From Anolis carolinensis (lineage: Eukaryota): a DNA stretch of 64,000 nt. The notes below the pieces were generated by a model, which ran no database searches, was not told where the DNA came from, and saw only the letters and a program-made list of their open reading frames with translations. Position numbers and translations under genes: made by a program. Positions 33,301-41,849 of this stretch are shown here, one piece after another. The stretch lies in contig NC_085846.1 of assembly GCF_035594765.1 (NCBI RefSeq), positions 15,053,190-15,117,189 on the forward strand, written 5' to 3'. The stretch's first letter is position 1, and the number at the start of each line of letters is the position of its first letter.

Positions 33301-36300
33301 CCATACAGCCTGGAAAACACACAACAGCCCTGTGATTCCGGTCACGAAAGCCTTCGATAACACATTGTTGTTGTTATTGTTATTGCTGCAGAGCCTGGTA
33401 TTCCCTTCATCCTCCATGAAAACATAATGAAAGAAAAGCTACACTACTTTAATTTCTTCCTTCTGCAGAACTACAGTGTTCCCTCATTTATCGCTGGGGT
33501 TAGGTTCCAGGACTACCCTCAATAAGTGAAAATCCGCGAAGTAGGGACACTATATTTATTTCAATACTTATACATTATTTTAGTAGTTATACACTATTTT
33601 AAGTCTTTATCAACCAATCATGTGTTGATAAATCGCTTCATTTTCCTCCCATTGCCGCTTGGGCTCCTTTTCATTCCCTTTGACTTCTCCTTTCTTAGGC
33701 TGTAAATTGTAATTTTTTATGATTTATAATAGTCTTTTAGAGTTTATTGAAAAACCACGAAACAGCAAATCCGCAAAAAAGTGAACTGCAAAGTAGTGAG
33801 GGAACAATGTACTCATTACTTGGGTCAAAAGGGAGAGATAAAAGCTCTTTTCACTATATTCAACAGTTTTAGCACTTTCATACTGATGATTGAGATCAAT
33901 CCTTAATATTTACTATAACTGGCTCAAAGACCCACCCGAACTGTTGTTGTGTTGACTTGTCCAATTGAGGTGTAAGCTCTCAAATGCTGCGTTTGGAGCG
34001 ACCACGAATCCCACCACCAGCAGAGAGGCCACGAAATTCATCAGAACCAAGAAGCGCAGGAAGTTAAAGTAGGACTGGATCCCTGTTCCAAAATGGCCTT
34101 TGAGGAGAGGACATGAAAGTCAAGGGGACAGGTTCAGAAAAACAACCTGTCTGCAACCGCTCTGTCTACAATATGACCCTGGGCTGTTTAAGGGATCTTT
34201 GCCATACCTCCAATGTGGTGCAGGGAACTCCGCCACATCTCTGCATATGAGAAGGCATTCCCTGCTTGGTTCCTGAGGCGACGCAGTGTCCGCTGTTTCT
34301 CCACACGCCATAGATCCCAACCAGTGAGCCTGCTGGCTGCCTGTTCTTGCAGAGCTCTTGAAAAAGAACATAAAGGGTAAAGAGAGAAAGAGCCCATGTG
34401 GCTTAATAAGTGAGTGCATTTATCAAAACCCATGCGTGATATTTTGGTGCTAAATTCATAAATACAGTAATTACTACATAGCATTACTACATATTGAACT
34501 ACTTTTTCTGTCAATTTTGTTGTATAACATGATGTTTTGGTGCTTAATTTGTAAAATCATAACCTAATTTGATGTTTAATAGGCTTTTCCTTAATCCCTC
34601 CTTATTATCCAAGATATTCGCTTATCCAAGCTTCTGCCGGCCCGTTTAGCTTGGATAAGTGAGACTCTACTGTATTATTGGTATTGTTACATTTATTATT
34701 TTACTCTATTAATTATTATTATTATTACATTTATTATTTTATTCTATTATTGTTGTTATTTTTACATTTATTTTACTCTATTTTATTATTATTAATACAT
34801 TTATTATTTTACTCTATTATTACATGTATTATTTTACTGCATTTATTATTGCATTTATTATATCACTCTATTATTATTAAAAGGATACATAAGCACGTTT
34901 ACATTGAAGAAGATGAAAATAATGATTTAATCAGAGTTGAACAGTTATATCTTAAATTACAGTTTGATATAAAGATTCGATAACATTTAAACTACTGATG
35001 CCTCAATTAATGTAATTTTATTGGTATCTCGGCTTATACTCGAGTCAATGTTTTCCCAGTTTTTTGTAGTAAAATTAGGTGCCTCGGCTTATATTCGGGT
35101 TGGCTTATACTCGAGTATATACAGTATTTAAACACGAGGTAATTCTCAATTCTCTGCACTCCTAACTTTAGCAAATGTGGAGGGCTGGCTGTATTTCTAC
35201 TAACCTTTTTTATGTTGTTTCTTTTCCTAGTCCATAGGCTATTTGCATACAAACAAATAAATACAATATAAGAGTGCAACCATATAAAATAATATAAACA
35301 GACTATTAAAATAATTGGCATACAGATCCTGCCTGTTAAAATTGAATACTGTTAAAATACAATATCACACATTAGATAAAATTCAATTAGCTAAGAGCAT
35401 CCTCAAGGTAATCAACTGCAATACCAGCAATAAATATAGGCCTAATTTTCATTGCTGCAAGGGCGAAAGGAGAAACCTTGCAAGTTACCACTGAATTGGT
35501 ATCACATAGAAGATGGAAAATCTTTTCTGACACATTATTAGAGTGTAGATTACACATAATAGATTCCAGGAATTTGAATCTTTGTTCTGAATATACTACA
35601 AAGAAGAGCAAATAATGTGGCAAATTCTGGAGCACCACAAATGCACAAACGCAGGGCCAGAGGGGTATGACAATATCTGCCACCAATCATGGCAGTTGCC
35701 TGGGTTTCTATACTGTAGAATAATATGGTGTACTAGAATATAAATGTTTTAAAGTAAATAATCTGCCATATAATACACAGACAGAGATAAAGGTCTTCCC
35801 CCTTTCTTCATATCCAGCATCTGGCCATGGGGAGGTGCTCTTGTTCCATTTTTCCATGCTGAGGAGCCTGTTATCTCTGATCTGTTACCAGCATGTTCTG
35901 CATATCTGCATGGGGCATCATTTTATCTTCCCGCCAAATTGGTACCTATTGATCTGCTCACATTGCATACTTTCGGACTGCTAGGTTGGCAGAAGCTAGG
36001 GCTGACAGTTGGGAGCTCACCCCTGACTCACTGCTTTGAACTGCCAACCCTCCAGTTGACAGATTTTTTGCAGTTAACAGTTTAACCTGCTGCGCTAGCA
36101 CGGGCCCTCATACTTTGGCCATATTTTCCTGAATGGCATTGGGTTGGACTAGATGGCCCTTATGATCTCTTTCAACTCTATGATTCTAATAAATATTGGA
36201 AGAAGTTATCCAATTGGGTTGTTGTGTTTTTTCCGGGCTGTATGACCATGTTCCAGAGGCATTCTCTCTTGACATTTCGCCCACATCTATGGCAGGCATC

Positions 36301-39300
36301 CTCAGAGTTGTGAGGTATATCTCACAACCTCTGAGGATGCCTGCCATAGATGTGGGCGAAACGTCAGAAAAGAATGCCTCTGGAACATGGCCATACAGCT
36401 CGGAAAACACACTACAATCCTGTGATTCCCGCCATGAAAGCCTTCGAAAACACAGTTCTCCAATTGATAAGTATTGATGATTTAATTTTGTCTTTAAAAA
36501 TGCTTAATTATCCCATTGCATAGAACAACAACAACAACAACAACATCTTATCCACCTGTTCCCATGGATCAAGCAAGCATGAATAACATATTAAAATACA
36601 ACATATACAAGTAGTTAAAAACACATTGCCTACTTGAAACATCAGATAAAGTGAACAGGCAGGACTGTTCATTAAGTACAAAGAGTTCCAGAGTCTGCAT
36701 TCTTTGTTAATTATCATATTTGTCTTGAGCAGCCATGTAGGTAAATAAGCTGCATGCAAAATGAAGAAGGAGTCTGCCTCAGGAAGCCACATAGGTTCCT
36801 TATGAGATAAAGCAAAGGATACTAAGCATTTAGAGCTTATAGGAATGGATCTGGGTCTAGATGAGGCATGGGCAAACTTCAGCTGCCCAGGTGTTTTGGA
36901 CTTCAACTCCCACAATTCCTAACAGCTGGTAGGCTGTTCAGAATTGTGGGAGTTGAAGTCCAAAACACCTGGGTGGCTGAAATTTACTCATGTCTGATCT
37001 AAATGATACGATTTAATTGGAAAATTGCTGGTTAGATTTTTTTTTTTCCAGTTGGCAAATACCTTTTTCATTCCATGCATTTTCAGGACCATGTTGGCTG
37101 AGGATGATGAGCATTGTAGCCCTACACACCTGAAAGGTGCCAAAGTAAGGAAGCCTCCTTTGGGAAAATCTCTTCTTCTCCCATCAACAAACCAATGGCT
37201 CTTTTACCTGAGTTTTCTTTTCTCCGCAAGCGAAAGGGGCAGCTCTTTCAGAGGCTTGCTGTCTTCCTCTTCCTCGCCTGGCACAAATTCTGGGATCAGT
37301 TCTTGGGGATCAACTGTAGGCTCTGAAGCCCCTTCCCAAGCTGCTCCCCAATCCACTGCCTTGTTGCCCCGCAAGCGTAGCGTCTGGTTGCTTGGCAGCT
37401 GGAGAAATAGAGACGGGGGTCCCCGGCCACCCCAAGTGGGCTCTGGAGAGAAGATCCAGAATAGAATAAATATGTGTGTGTCAAGGAGAAGATGCCCACT
37501 TTTTAAGTACAGTCATCCCTCCACATGTACAGATTTTATTATTCGTGGATCTGATTCAAATGTTCTCGCATAGTATTCAAGCATCAGACGGAACACAAAG
37601 ACAATTCAATCAATGGGAGCCATATCAAACGCAAATCTATAAAACAGATCATTCCCCACAAAACGAAGTGATCTGTGATCCTTGGGGCTGTGTAAATGCA
37701 CGATCTACTGCAGGCATGGACAAACTTCAGCCCTCCGGGTGTTTTGGACTCCAACTCCCACCATTCCTAACAGCCTACTGGCTGTTAAGAATGGTGGAAG
37801 TTGAAGTCCAAAACACCCGGAGGGCTGAAGTTTGCCCATGCCTGATTTAGTGGGATCCCACAACACCATCATTTCAAGATTTCAAACTTGCATAGCTGTA
37901 CAAGATTTCAATTTTTCCCCTTTTTTGGTCAACAGATCTTAGGATATCCTGACCAGTTCCATGTTGGGAGGTGTAGTCTAAAAAGTAACTTCACCAAGCT
38001 TTTCCACCAGTGATGTTTACAACATAAATCCTCTTGACCTGGGAATACAGGTTCCTATTACATAGATATCTAATCCTTTCCTTGGAGGGAGTTCTGTATC
38101 CTCTTTTATGCCTTCAAGCCTGACATGCCCACTGCATTCCATGCTGGTTATTCTTTTTCACTACAGACATCCCTGTTTGTCCTGCTATTACAACCGTAAC
38201 TAAATCCAGGGTGAGTATCCCTTATCCAAAATGCCTTAGACCAGAAGTGTTCCATATTTTGGACTTTGGAATATGCATAATGAGATATCTTAGAGAGGGG
38301 ATCCAAGTCTAAACATGAATTTCATTTGTTTCATACGCACCTTGCACACATAGCCTGGTGATAGTTTTATACACACTATTTTAAATATTCATATATATAA
38401 AATGGTGTTCCATGCAGTAATGCTGGCCACATGACCTTGGAGGAGTCTATTGACAATGCCGGCTCTTTGGCTTAGAAAATGGAGATGAGCACCAACCCCC
38501 AGAGTCGGACATGACTGGACTTAATGTCAGGTGAAAACCTTTATTTTTACCCTATACATAAAACTTTTTTTGTAAATTAAACACTCAGAAAGCAGTTTTT
38601 ATTAAAGCAGACAACCACATGCACAATTTTTGAGGACTTTGGATTCCAGACAAGCCATAACTTAGCTGTTATTGTATGTACCTGTCGGTTTAAAACTATT
38701 CATTTGGTGTACCTTCTCTTTCTATCTTAAAATTATTTGAAGCACTTTAACAAATTACTGTTTCTTTATGCCAATTAATATGACTGTTTCTTTGTGCCGT
38801 GTTATCGCTGCCCCACTGAAGGGATTGGAAAGATTTCTCCTAGCTTCCCCCATTTTTATGTTCTCCATATGAATTAAATACAGACCAATGTAAAGATTAC
38901 AGTCCATTTCACATGGAAGGCGTTGCATTGGAGTCTTATACCATCCTCTTTAATGAGGTTAATAGGTCTTGACTTCTCCGCTTTCTCCTCTGAACCTGTT
39001 CAAATGTTGCTCTTTCATGTTTTGGGTGTCAGAAATCTGGTCCCATTTCTGGTTCAAATGAAGTCCCTCACTTTTGGAGTGGCTTATAATCTGAGTATTA
39101 CCCACCTCACCTCACCTCTGAATATTCCTCTTTCCTTTGATCAGAGAATTTATTTAATTTTATTAATGTAAAAAAAGTGTTGGAGGTTATTTTTGGGAGT
39201 GTGATCAATCAGTCCCAGGTAAATCCAGGCAACCCCCAAGGCAATTATTTCATGGTACCTGTTTCATCGTCACGCCTCCCCAAACGGTCCGTCCAGTTGT

Positions 39301-39307
39301 CATCCAT
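17945..39307 (-). CDS. TMC4: transmembrane channel-like protein 4 (714 aa, 16 exons)
   Basis: complement(join(17945..17998,18395..18473,18908..19063,19813..19943,21556..21742,23420..23517,24808..24934,26728..26891,29812..29985,32161..32308,32544..32689,32775..32860,33936..34097,34208..34356,37208..37442,39259..39307)), 2145 nt in frame. TMC motifs [71 protein letters not shown]; lies between LENG1 and MBOAT7. Confidence 0.94.
18058..18208. mobile_element. PIF/Harbinger-like palindromic MITE (partial copy at about 15880-16011)
   Basis: GGGTCCTTCCACACAG ... CTGTATGGAATGGGCC inverted ends. Confidence 0.6.
18395..18473 (-). CDS. TMC4: TMC4 exon 15
   Basis: [13 protein letters not shown]...LKGQLRL. 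Confidence 0.9.
18562..18696. mobile_element. palindromic hAT MITE with SPIN-like TIR CAGTGGTTCTCAACCT
   Basis: inverted arms; family also at 20210, 20647, 39842 and 49447. Confidence 0.8.
18908..19063 (-). CDS. TMC4: TMC4 exon 14
   Basis: [12 protein letters not shown]...FAVPLFLLL. Confidence 0.93.
19138..19505 (-). mobile_element. degenerate non-autonomous Helitron
   Basis: minus strand A|TC...CTAG|T ends with a remnant of the subterminal hairpin. Confidence 0.45.
19594..19710. mobile_element. palindromic hAT MITE (CAGGCATGGGC family)
   Basis: TSD ctttaaaa/ctttacaa. Confidence 0.8.
19813..19943 (-). CDS. TMC4: TMC4 exon 13
   Basis: [31 protein letters not shown]. Confidence 0.93.
20210..20344. 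mobile_element. palindromic hAT MITE (CAGTGGTTCTCAACCT family)
   Basis: TSD atattgag/atatagag. Confidence 0.82.
20647..20772. mobile_element. palindromic hAT MITE (CAGTGGTTCTCAACCT family)
   Basis: inverted arms. Confidence 0.78.
21035..21285 (-). mobile_element. second R4/Dong LINE 3' fragment
   Basis: homologous to 16559-16800, flanked by AAT/AAC repeats. Confidence 0.8.
21286..21348. repeat. compound (GTT)n(ATT)n microsatellite
   Basis: read directly. Confidence 0.95.
21556..21742 (-). CDS. TMC4: TMC4 exon 12
   Basis: [20 protein letters not shown]...FYLKK. Confidence 0.95.
22068..23005 (-). mobile_element. Penelope-like element remnant (GIY-YIG endonuclease end plus pLTR) with a nested L2 tail at about 22345-22640
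   Basis: [28 protein letters not shown]...[17 protein letters not shown]; pLTR shared with the other copies. Confidence 0.85.
23036..23316. mobile_element. SPIN end joined to the right arm of a CAGGCATGGGC-type MITE
   Basis: 23036-23250 matches the left end of the 59847 element; 23258-23316 matches the MITE arm. Confidence 0.7.
23420..23517 (-). CDS. TMC4: TMC4 exon 11 (start of TMC domain)
   Basis: [13 protein letters not shown]. Confidence 0.95.
24360..24682. mobile_element. Tc1/mariner (pogo/Tigger-like) MITE, TIR CAGTAGAGTCTCACTTATCCAA
   Basis: TIRs and TA duplication. Confidence 0.88.
24808..24934 (-). CDS. TMC4: TMC4 exon 10
   Basis: NVFLRIASL...CRNCGYN. Confidence 0.92.
25575..25867 (+). 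mobile_element. tRNA-derived SINE (Anolis SINE2 type), full length
   Basis: A box GGTGGCGCAATGG, B-box-like GGTTTGAATC, 3' tctcaagtcacttctgacac(ac)n, 14-bp TSD tatctgttgatcta (25561-25574 and 25868-25881). Confidence 0.85.
26728..26891 (-). CDS. TMC4: TMC4 exon 9
   Basis: [11 protein letters not shown]...EIKITLLR. Confidence 0.92.
27377..27583. mobile_element. same Tigger-like MITE with internal deletion
   Basis: TIRs and TA duplication. Confidence 0.85.
28030..28501 (-). mobile_element. second copy of the SINE with L2-like tail
   Basis: colinear with 29296-29758. Confidence 0.7.
28740..28945 (+). mobile_element. old CR1 3' fragment (shorter tails also at about 17780-17840 and 36125-36187)
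   Basis: degenerate match to the CR1 3' end (cacctaaatatt...ggggttggactagat). Confidence 0.55.
28985..29295 (+). mobile_element. Sauria SINE, near full length
   Basis: tRNA head, central ccaacctagcagttcgaa...gtgagtagat domain, BovB-like gagttggacacaact tail, acctttacc repeats. Confidence 0.85.
29296..29758 (-). mobile_element. tRNA-head SINE with Sauria-like core and L2-like tail
   Basis: minus strand: tRNA boxes, shared core, tail gtgatctgcctgagtcccc...aatataaatactgtaaataaa; the Sauria SINE sits in its TAAA tail. Confidence 0.7.
29812..29985 (-). CDS. TMC4: TMC4 exon 8
   Basis: MDLEEAAL...[10 protein letters not shown]. Confidence 0.92.
30866..31402. mobile_element. Penelope-like element with inverted pLTR segment
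   Basis: minus-strand pLTR to about 31295, then a plus-strand copy from about 31300. Confidence 0.8.
31414..31718. mobile_element. same Tigger-like MITE
   Basis: TIRs and TA duplication. Confidence 0.85.
32161..32308 (-). CDS. TMC4: TMC4 exon 7
   Basis: ...[14 protein letters not shown]... Confidence 0.92.
32383..32516. mobile_element. palindromic hAT MITE (CAGGCATGGGC family)
   Basis: TSD ctttatat/ctatatat. Confidence 0.85.
32544..32689 (-). CDS. TMC4: TMC4 exon 6
   Basis: [13 protein letters not shown]...YNVPLAYLL. Confidence 0.92.
32775..32860 (-). CDS. TMC4: TMC4 exon 5
   Basis: VNESCLRY...MNLLSGQ, splice sites. Confidence 0.85.
33222..33364 (+). mobile_element. Penelope pLTR 3' fragment
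   Basis: matches the pLTR consensus ...aggagagaatgcttctggaacatggccatacagcc...gaaagccttcgataacaca. Confidence 0.75.
33474..33809. mobile_element. Tc1/mariner-type MITE (TIR CAGTGTTCCCTCA)
   Basis: TA|cagtgttccctca ... tgagggaacaatg|TA. Confidence 0.75.
33936..34097 (-). CDS. TMC4: TMC4 exon 4
   Basis: [21 protein letters not shown]. Confidence 0.9.
34208..34356 (-). CDS. TMC4: TMC4 exon 3
   Basis: ...WRSSLHHIG, splice sites. Confidence 0.9.
34420..34672. mobile_element. same Tigger-like MITE, left end lost
   Basis: body and right TIR only. Confidence 0.8.
34675..34880. repeat. AT-rich minisatellite-like low-complexity tract
   Basis: repeated acatttattattttactctattatt units. Confidence 0.8.
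35786..36107 (-). mobile_element. older Sauria-type SINE
   Basis: core gctaggttggcagaagctagggct and tRNA-like head on the minus strand. Confidence 0.7.
36214..36452. mobile_element. Penelope pLTR inverted pair
   Basis: two arms of about 100 nt around a gtatat spacer at 36315-36320. Confidence 0.85.
36328..36368 (+). ncRNA. minimal type I hammerhead ribozyme motif (Penelope-associated)
   Basis: cct-CTGAGGA-t-gcctgc(cataga)tgtgggc-GAAAC-GTC-aga: intact catalytic core, helix II, palindromic ACGT helix III, GUC cleavage triplet. Confidence 0.75.
36863..36996. mobile_element. palindromic hAT MITE (CAGGCATGGGC family)
   Basis: inverted arms, degenerate 8-bp TSD. Confidence 0.8.
37208..37442 (-). 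CDS. TMC4: TMC4 exon 2 (...[11 protein letters not shown]...[16 protein letters not shown])
   Basis: open frame between ccag and GTAAAA. Confidence 0.85.
37711..37844. mobile_element. palindromic hAT MITE (CAGGCATGGGC family)
   Basis: TSD atctactg/atttagtg. Confidence 0.8.
38402..38552 (+). mobile_element. 5'-truncated Sauria SINE nested in a degraded DNA transposon (about 38207-38660)
   Basis: matches the 3' half of 28985-29295. Confidence 0.75.
39259..39307 (-). CDS. TMC4: TMC4 exon 1 ([16 protein letters not shown])
   Basis: GCCATGG Kozak context, AG|GTACC donor, phase fits exon 2; little recognisable homology. Confidence 0.7.
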
Positions 39308-39698
39308 GGCTGCAGGTTACAGGTACATTTCTTCCTCTCTGCACTTTATTCCTTTCAGTTTAGGGAACAAGGAACAAGGAAGTTATTCAGCAAGTCTGGG
39401 CTTGGATTAATTATTCCTTTGGACAATTTGCCCCTTGAACAAAGGCAGTCACTTGGCAACTAATAGATCAGAGCCCTGGAGTAATGACAGCCATGGGCAG
39501 AGTTTGCTTCCGTGTAACTTGTTTTTAAAAAGGGATGGGAGAAATGCAGGACACGGCACTCCTGGGATCCAAATAGGTTTTATGTGGCCTGTAGGTCTGC
39601 CCACCTTCCAATTGCCCAGAAAAAAAAGCCACAGATGGAGAAACATTTGAATTGAGAGCATAATTCTCCATTGAATTGCAGCTATGCTTCCTCTACGC

Positions 39699-39975
39699 CA
39701 CTGGTTCCCAATTTTTGAGCCTCCAGGTGTTTTGGACTTCAACTCCCACAGTTCTTAACAGCTGGTAAGATGGCTGGGATTTCTGGGAGTTGAAGTCCAA
39801 AACACCTGGAGGCCCAAAGGTTGAAAACCACTGCTCTAAGCCAGTGGATCTCAACCTGTGGGTCCCCAGGTATTTTGCATACAACTCTCAGAAATCCCAG
39901 CCAGTTTACCAGCTATTAGGGTTTCTGGGAGTTGAAGGCCAAAACATCTGGGGATCCACAGGTTGAGAACCACTG
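39699..39975. mobile_element. two adjacent palindromic hAT MITEs (39699-39833 and 39842-39975)
   Basis: three copies of the target site: ctctacgc, ctctaagc, ctctaagt. Confidence 0.85.
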
Positions 39976-40391
39976 CTCTAAGTGATAAAATTGCTTTAAA
40001 TAGCCATTCTTCAAAACTGGAAGAGACGTTCGAATTATTTCCATATTCAGACTCTACATCTAACCTTTTTTCCGAATCTGGAAAAAACATTGGGGGAATC
40101 TTTACAAAATTAAAGGATTTTGGCCCCTGGAATATCATCAGGCATTAATCCCTGTTTAAAAAGAAAATTACAAGTCATTTTACACTGGGAAAAGGATTCT
40201 GGCCTTGTTGACCATTTTCCTTTTTGCTATTAGTTCTGTAGACAGGACAGACCAATTGAAATACAGCTACAGTATTTACAATTAGAATTGTGAGAGCATT
40301 GTTTTCAAGTCCAGAGGTGTATCCTTTCCTGCTCTCTGCAGAGTTAAACAATGAACTGAATGCATTCAAACAACATTCGTAAGAAAACCTT

Positions 40392-40459
40392 TTTATTTTT
40401 CAGTTAGGCATCAGCCTAGGCCACAAAATATTTTTACAGACTGTGTTGTATTTTTTATT
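40392..40459 (-). terminator. candidate MBOAT7 polyadenylation signals (two AATAAA)
   Basis: minus-strand AATAAA at 40454-40459 and 40392-40397, about 1 kb after the stop. Confidence 0.55.
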
Positions 40460-41467
40460 TTTGGATATAACAACGCTATTCTTGAAGCAGGCCAAGTTAC
40501 ATTAACAATAATTTGGGAGTTATGTAATGCAAAACCAATTTTTCAAGACTCACATCCCCAAATATGTATTTGTAGCACTGTACGTACTAGAACAGTATTT
40601 TGCTGTCCGAAATTCAAATGTCACAGCTTGAAACCGCTTCCCCATAAGTGAACATTGATGCCTTTAAATATAGCAGTTTTTTCCTTGCAAAACTTCATGT
40701 TCATATTAGTATCTGTCCAGCAAATTAGTAACACATTATTCTTGTTGTCTCCTCTTTTCACCATCCCATGATCCAGGCTTGTAAGTGTCTTTTTACCTCC
40801 CAGAACCTCACCCCAACGGAGGTATCATCAATTCTGGGTGAGGTAAGAGCAACACAATTGTTTTGCAGTTCAAGGCAAAACTCTGAAAACACAACTGATC
40901 TGGTTGTGCCTTTCCACATATTTTGGCTCCATGGCGTCCTCAGCTGGTCTACCACAGAAGAAGCAAGCCTCCAAGTCCCACTTCCAAACCCAGCACATTA
41001 TTTCAAGGATTCAGCTGTGCAATTTAAATAAAAGATCCTATGAAAACAAAGGAGTGTTGGAAATGGGGCAGTTTGTCTCAGTAAAGCTGTCGAGATCTGG
41101 AGTAAGCTTAAAAATATAAAAGGAAATATTTTTAAAAGGAGAGGGCTGCTAGGAAACAGACTTTTTTGGGAGGGGAGAAAGGGTAGAAAGAAAGCCTAGA
41201 AGCCCCAAAAGTCTGAAGAAATATATGGATTTATCCTCCTTAGGATTCACTAGTTTCAAATGAGTTCTCAGACAGCAACTTATGTCAGGAGAGCTTTAAG
41301 GGAGCAAAGGAGGAGCAGGGATGTCGAGGCTCAGTTCCGGTTTGCTTTTCTTGGATTTTCCAGCTATACATTTATTGGTGAAACTCAGCAACGGAAGTCT
41401 TATGCTGAATGCTTCCCTGACCCCCAGGGTTTTTGGGAGCATTTGCATCATCTTTGTCTCAGCCTGG

Positions 41468-41849
41468 TCACTCCATGTGTTGTAGGCTCTCCACGGCTCC
41501 ATCTTTGTCTTTCTGGGAAGCCTGCTGCCTCCTGAAGCCCAACACTTTCCCCAGCAGGAGGAATGCCAGGGCCGCTCCATGGATGCAAAAGTAGATGGAG
41601 CTCCAGTACCGGACGGTGTCCTCAAAGGTGAGCAGCACAAAACCCATGCACATGTAGTCGTAGGCCCTCATCTTCAGGAACCACTGCACCCAGTCGCCAA
41701 AGAGGCGCTGAGAAGCGGAGAGGTGTTTTAGGAGCCCGCTCTCCATGGCCCCCTCGGCCGCGAGGCACAGCGGGATGGTAAGGAAGCTGAGGTAATAGCC
41801 GGGATGGATCCCATGCCAGTAGGCCGAGATAAGCATGGTCCAGGCGCTC
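41468..41849 (-). CDS. MBOAT7: MBOAT7 last exon
   Basis: SAWTMLISAYWHGIHPGYYLSF..., TGA. Confidence 0.95.

Noticed and set aside
36186-36477. Repeated ORFs [20 protein letters not shown]
   Set aside because: Chance frames through the Penelope pLTR and hammerhead; no consistent start or stop.
37025-37573. 182-aa plus-strand ORF
   Set aside because: Antisense shadow of TMC4 exon 2 with a non-ATG start and no recognisable homology.
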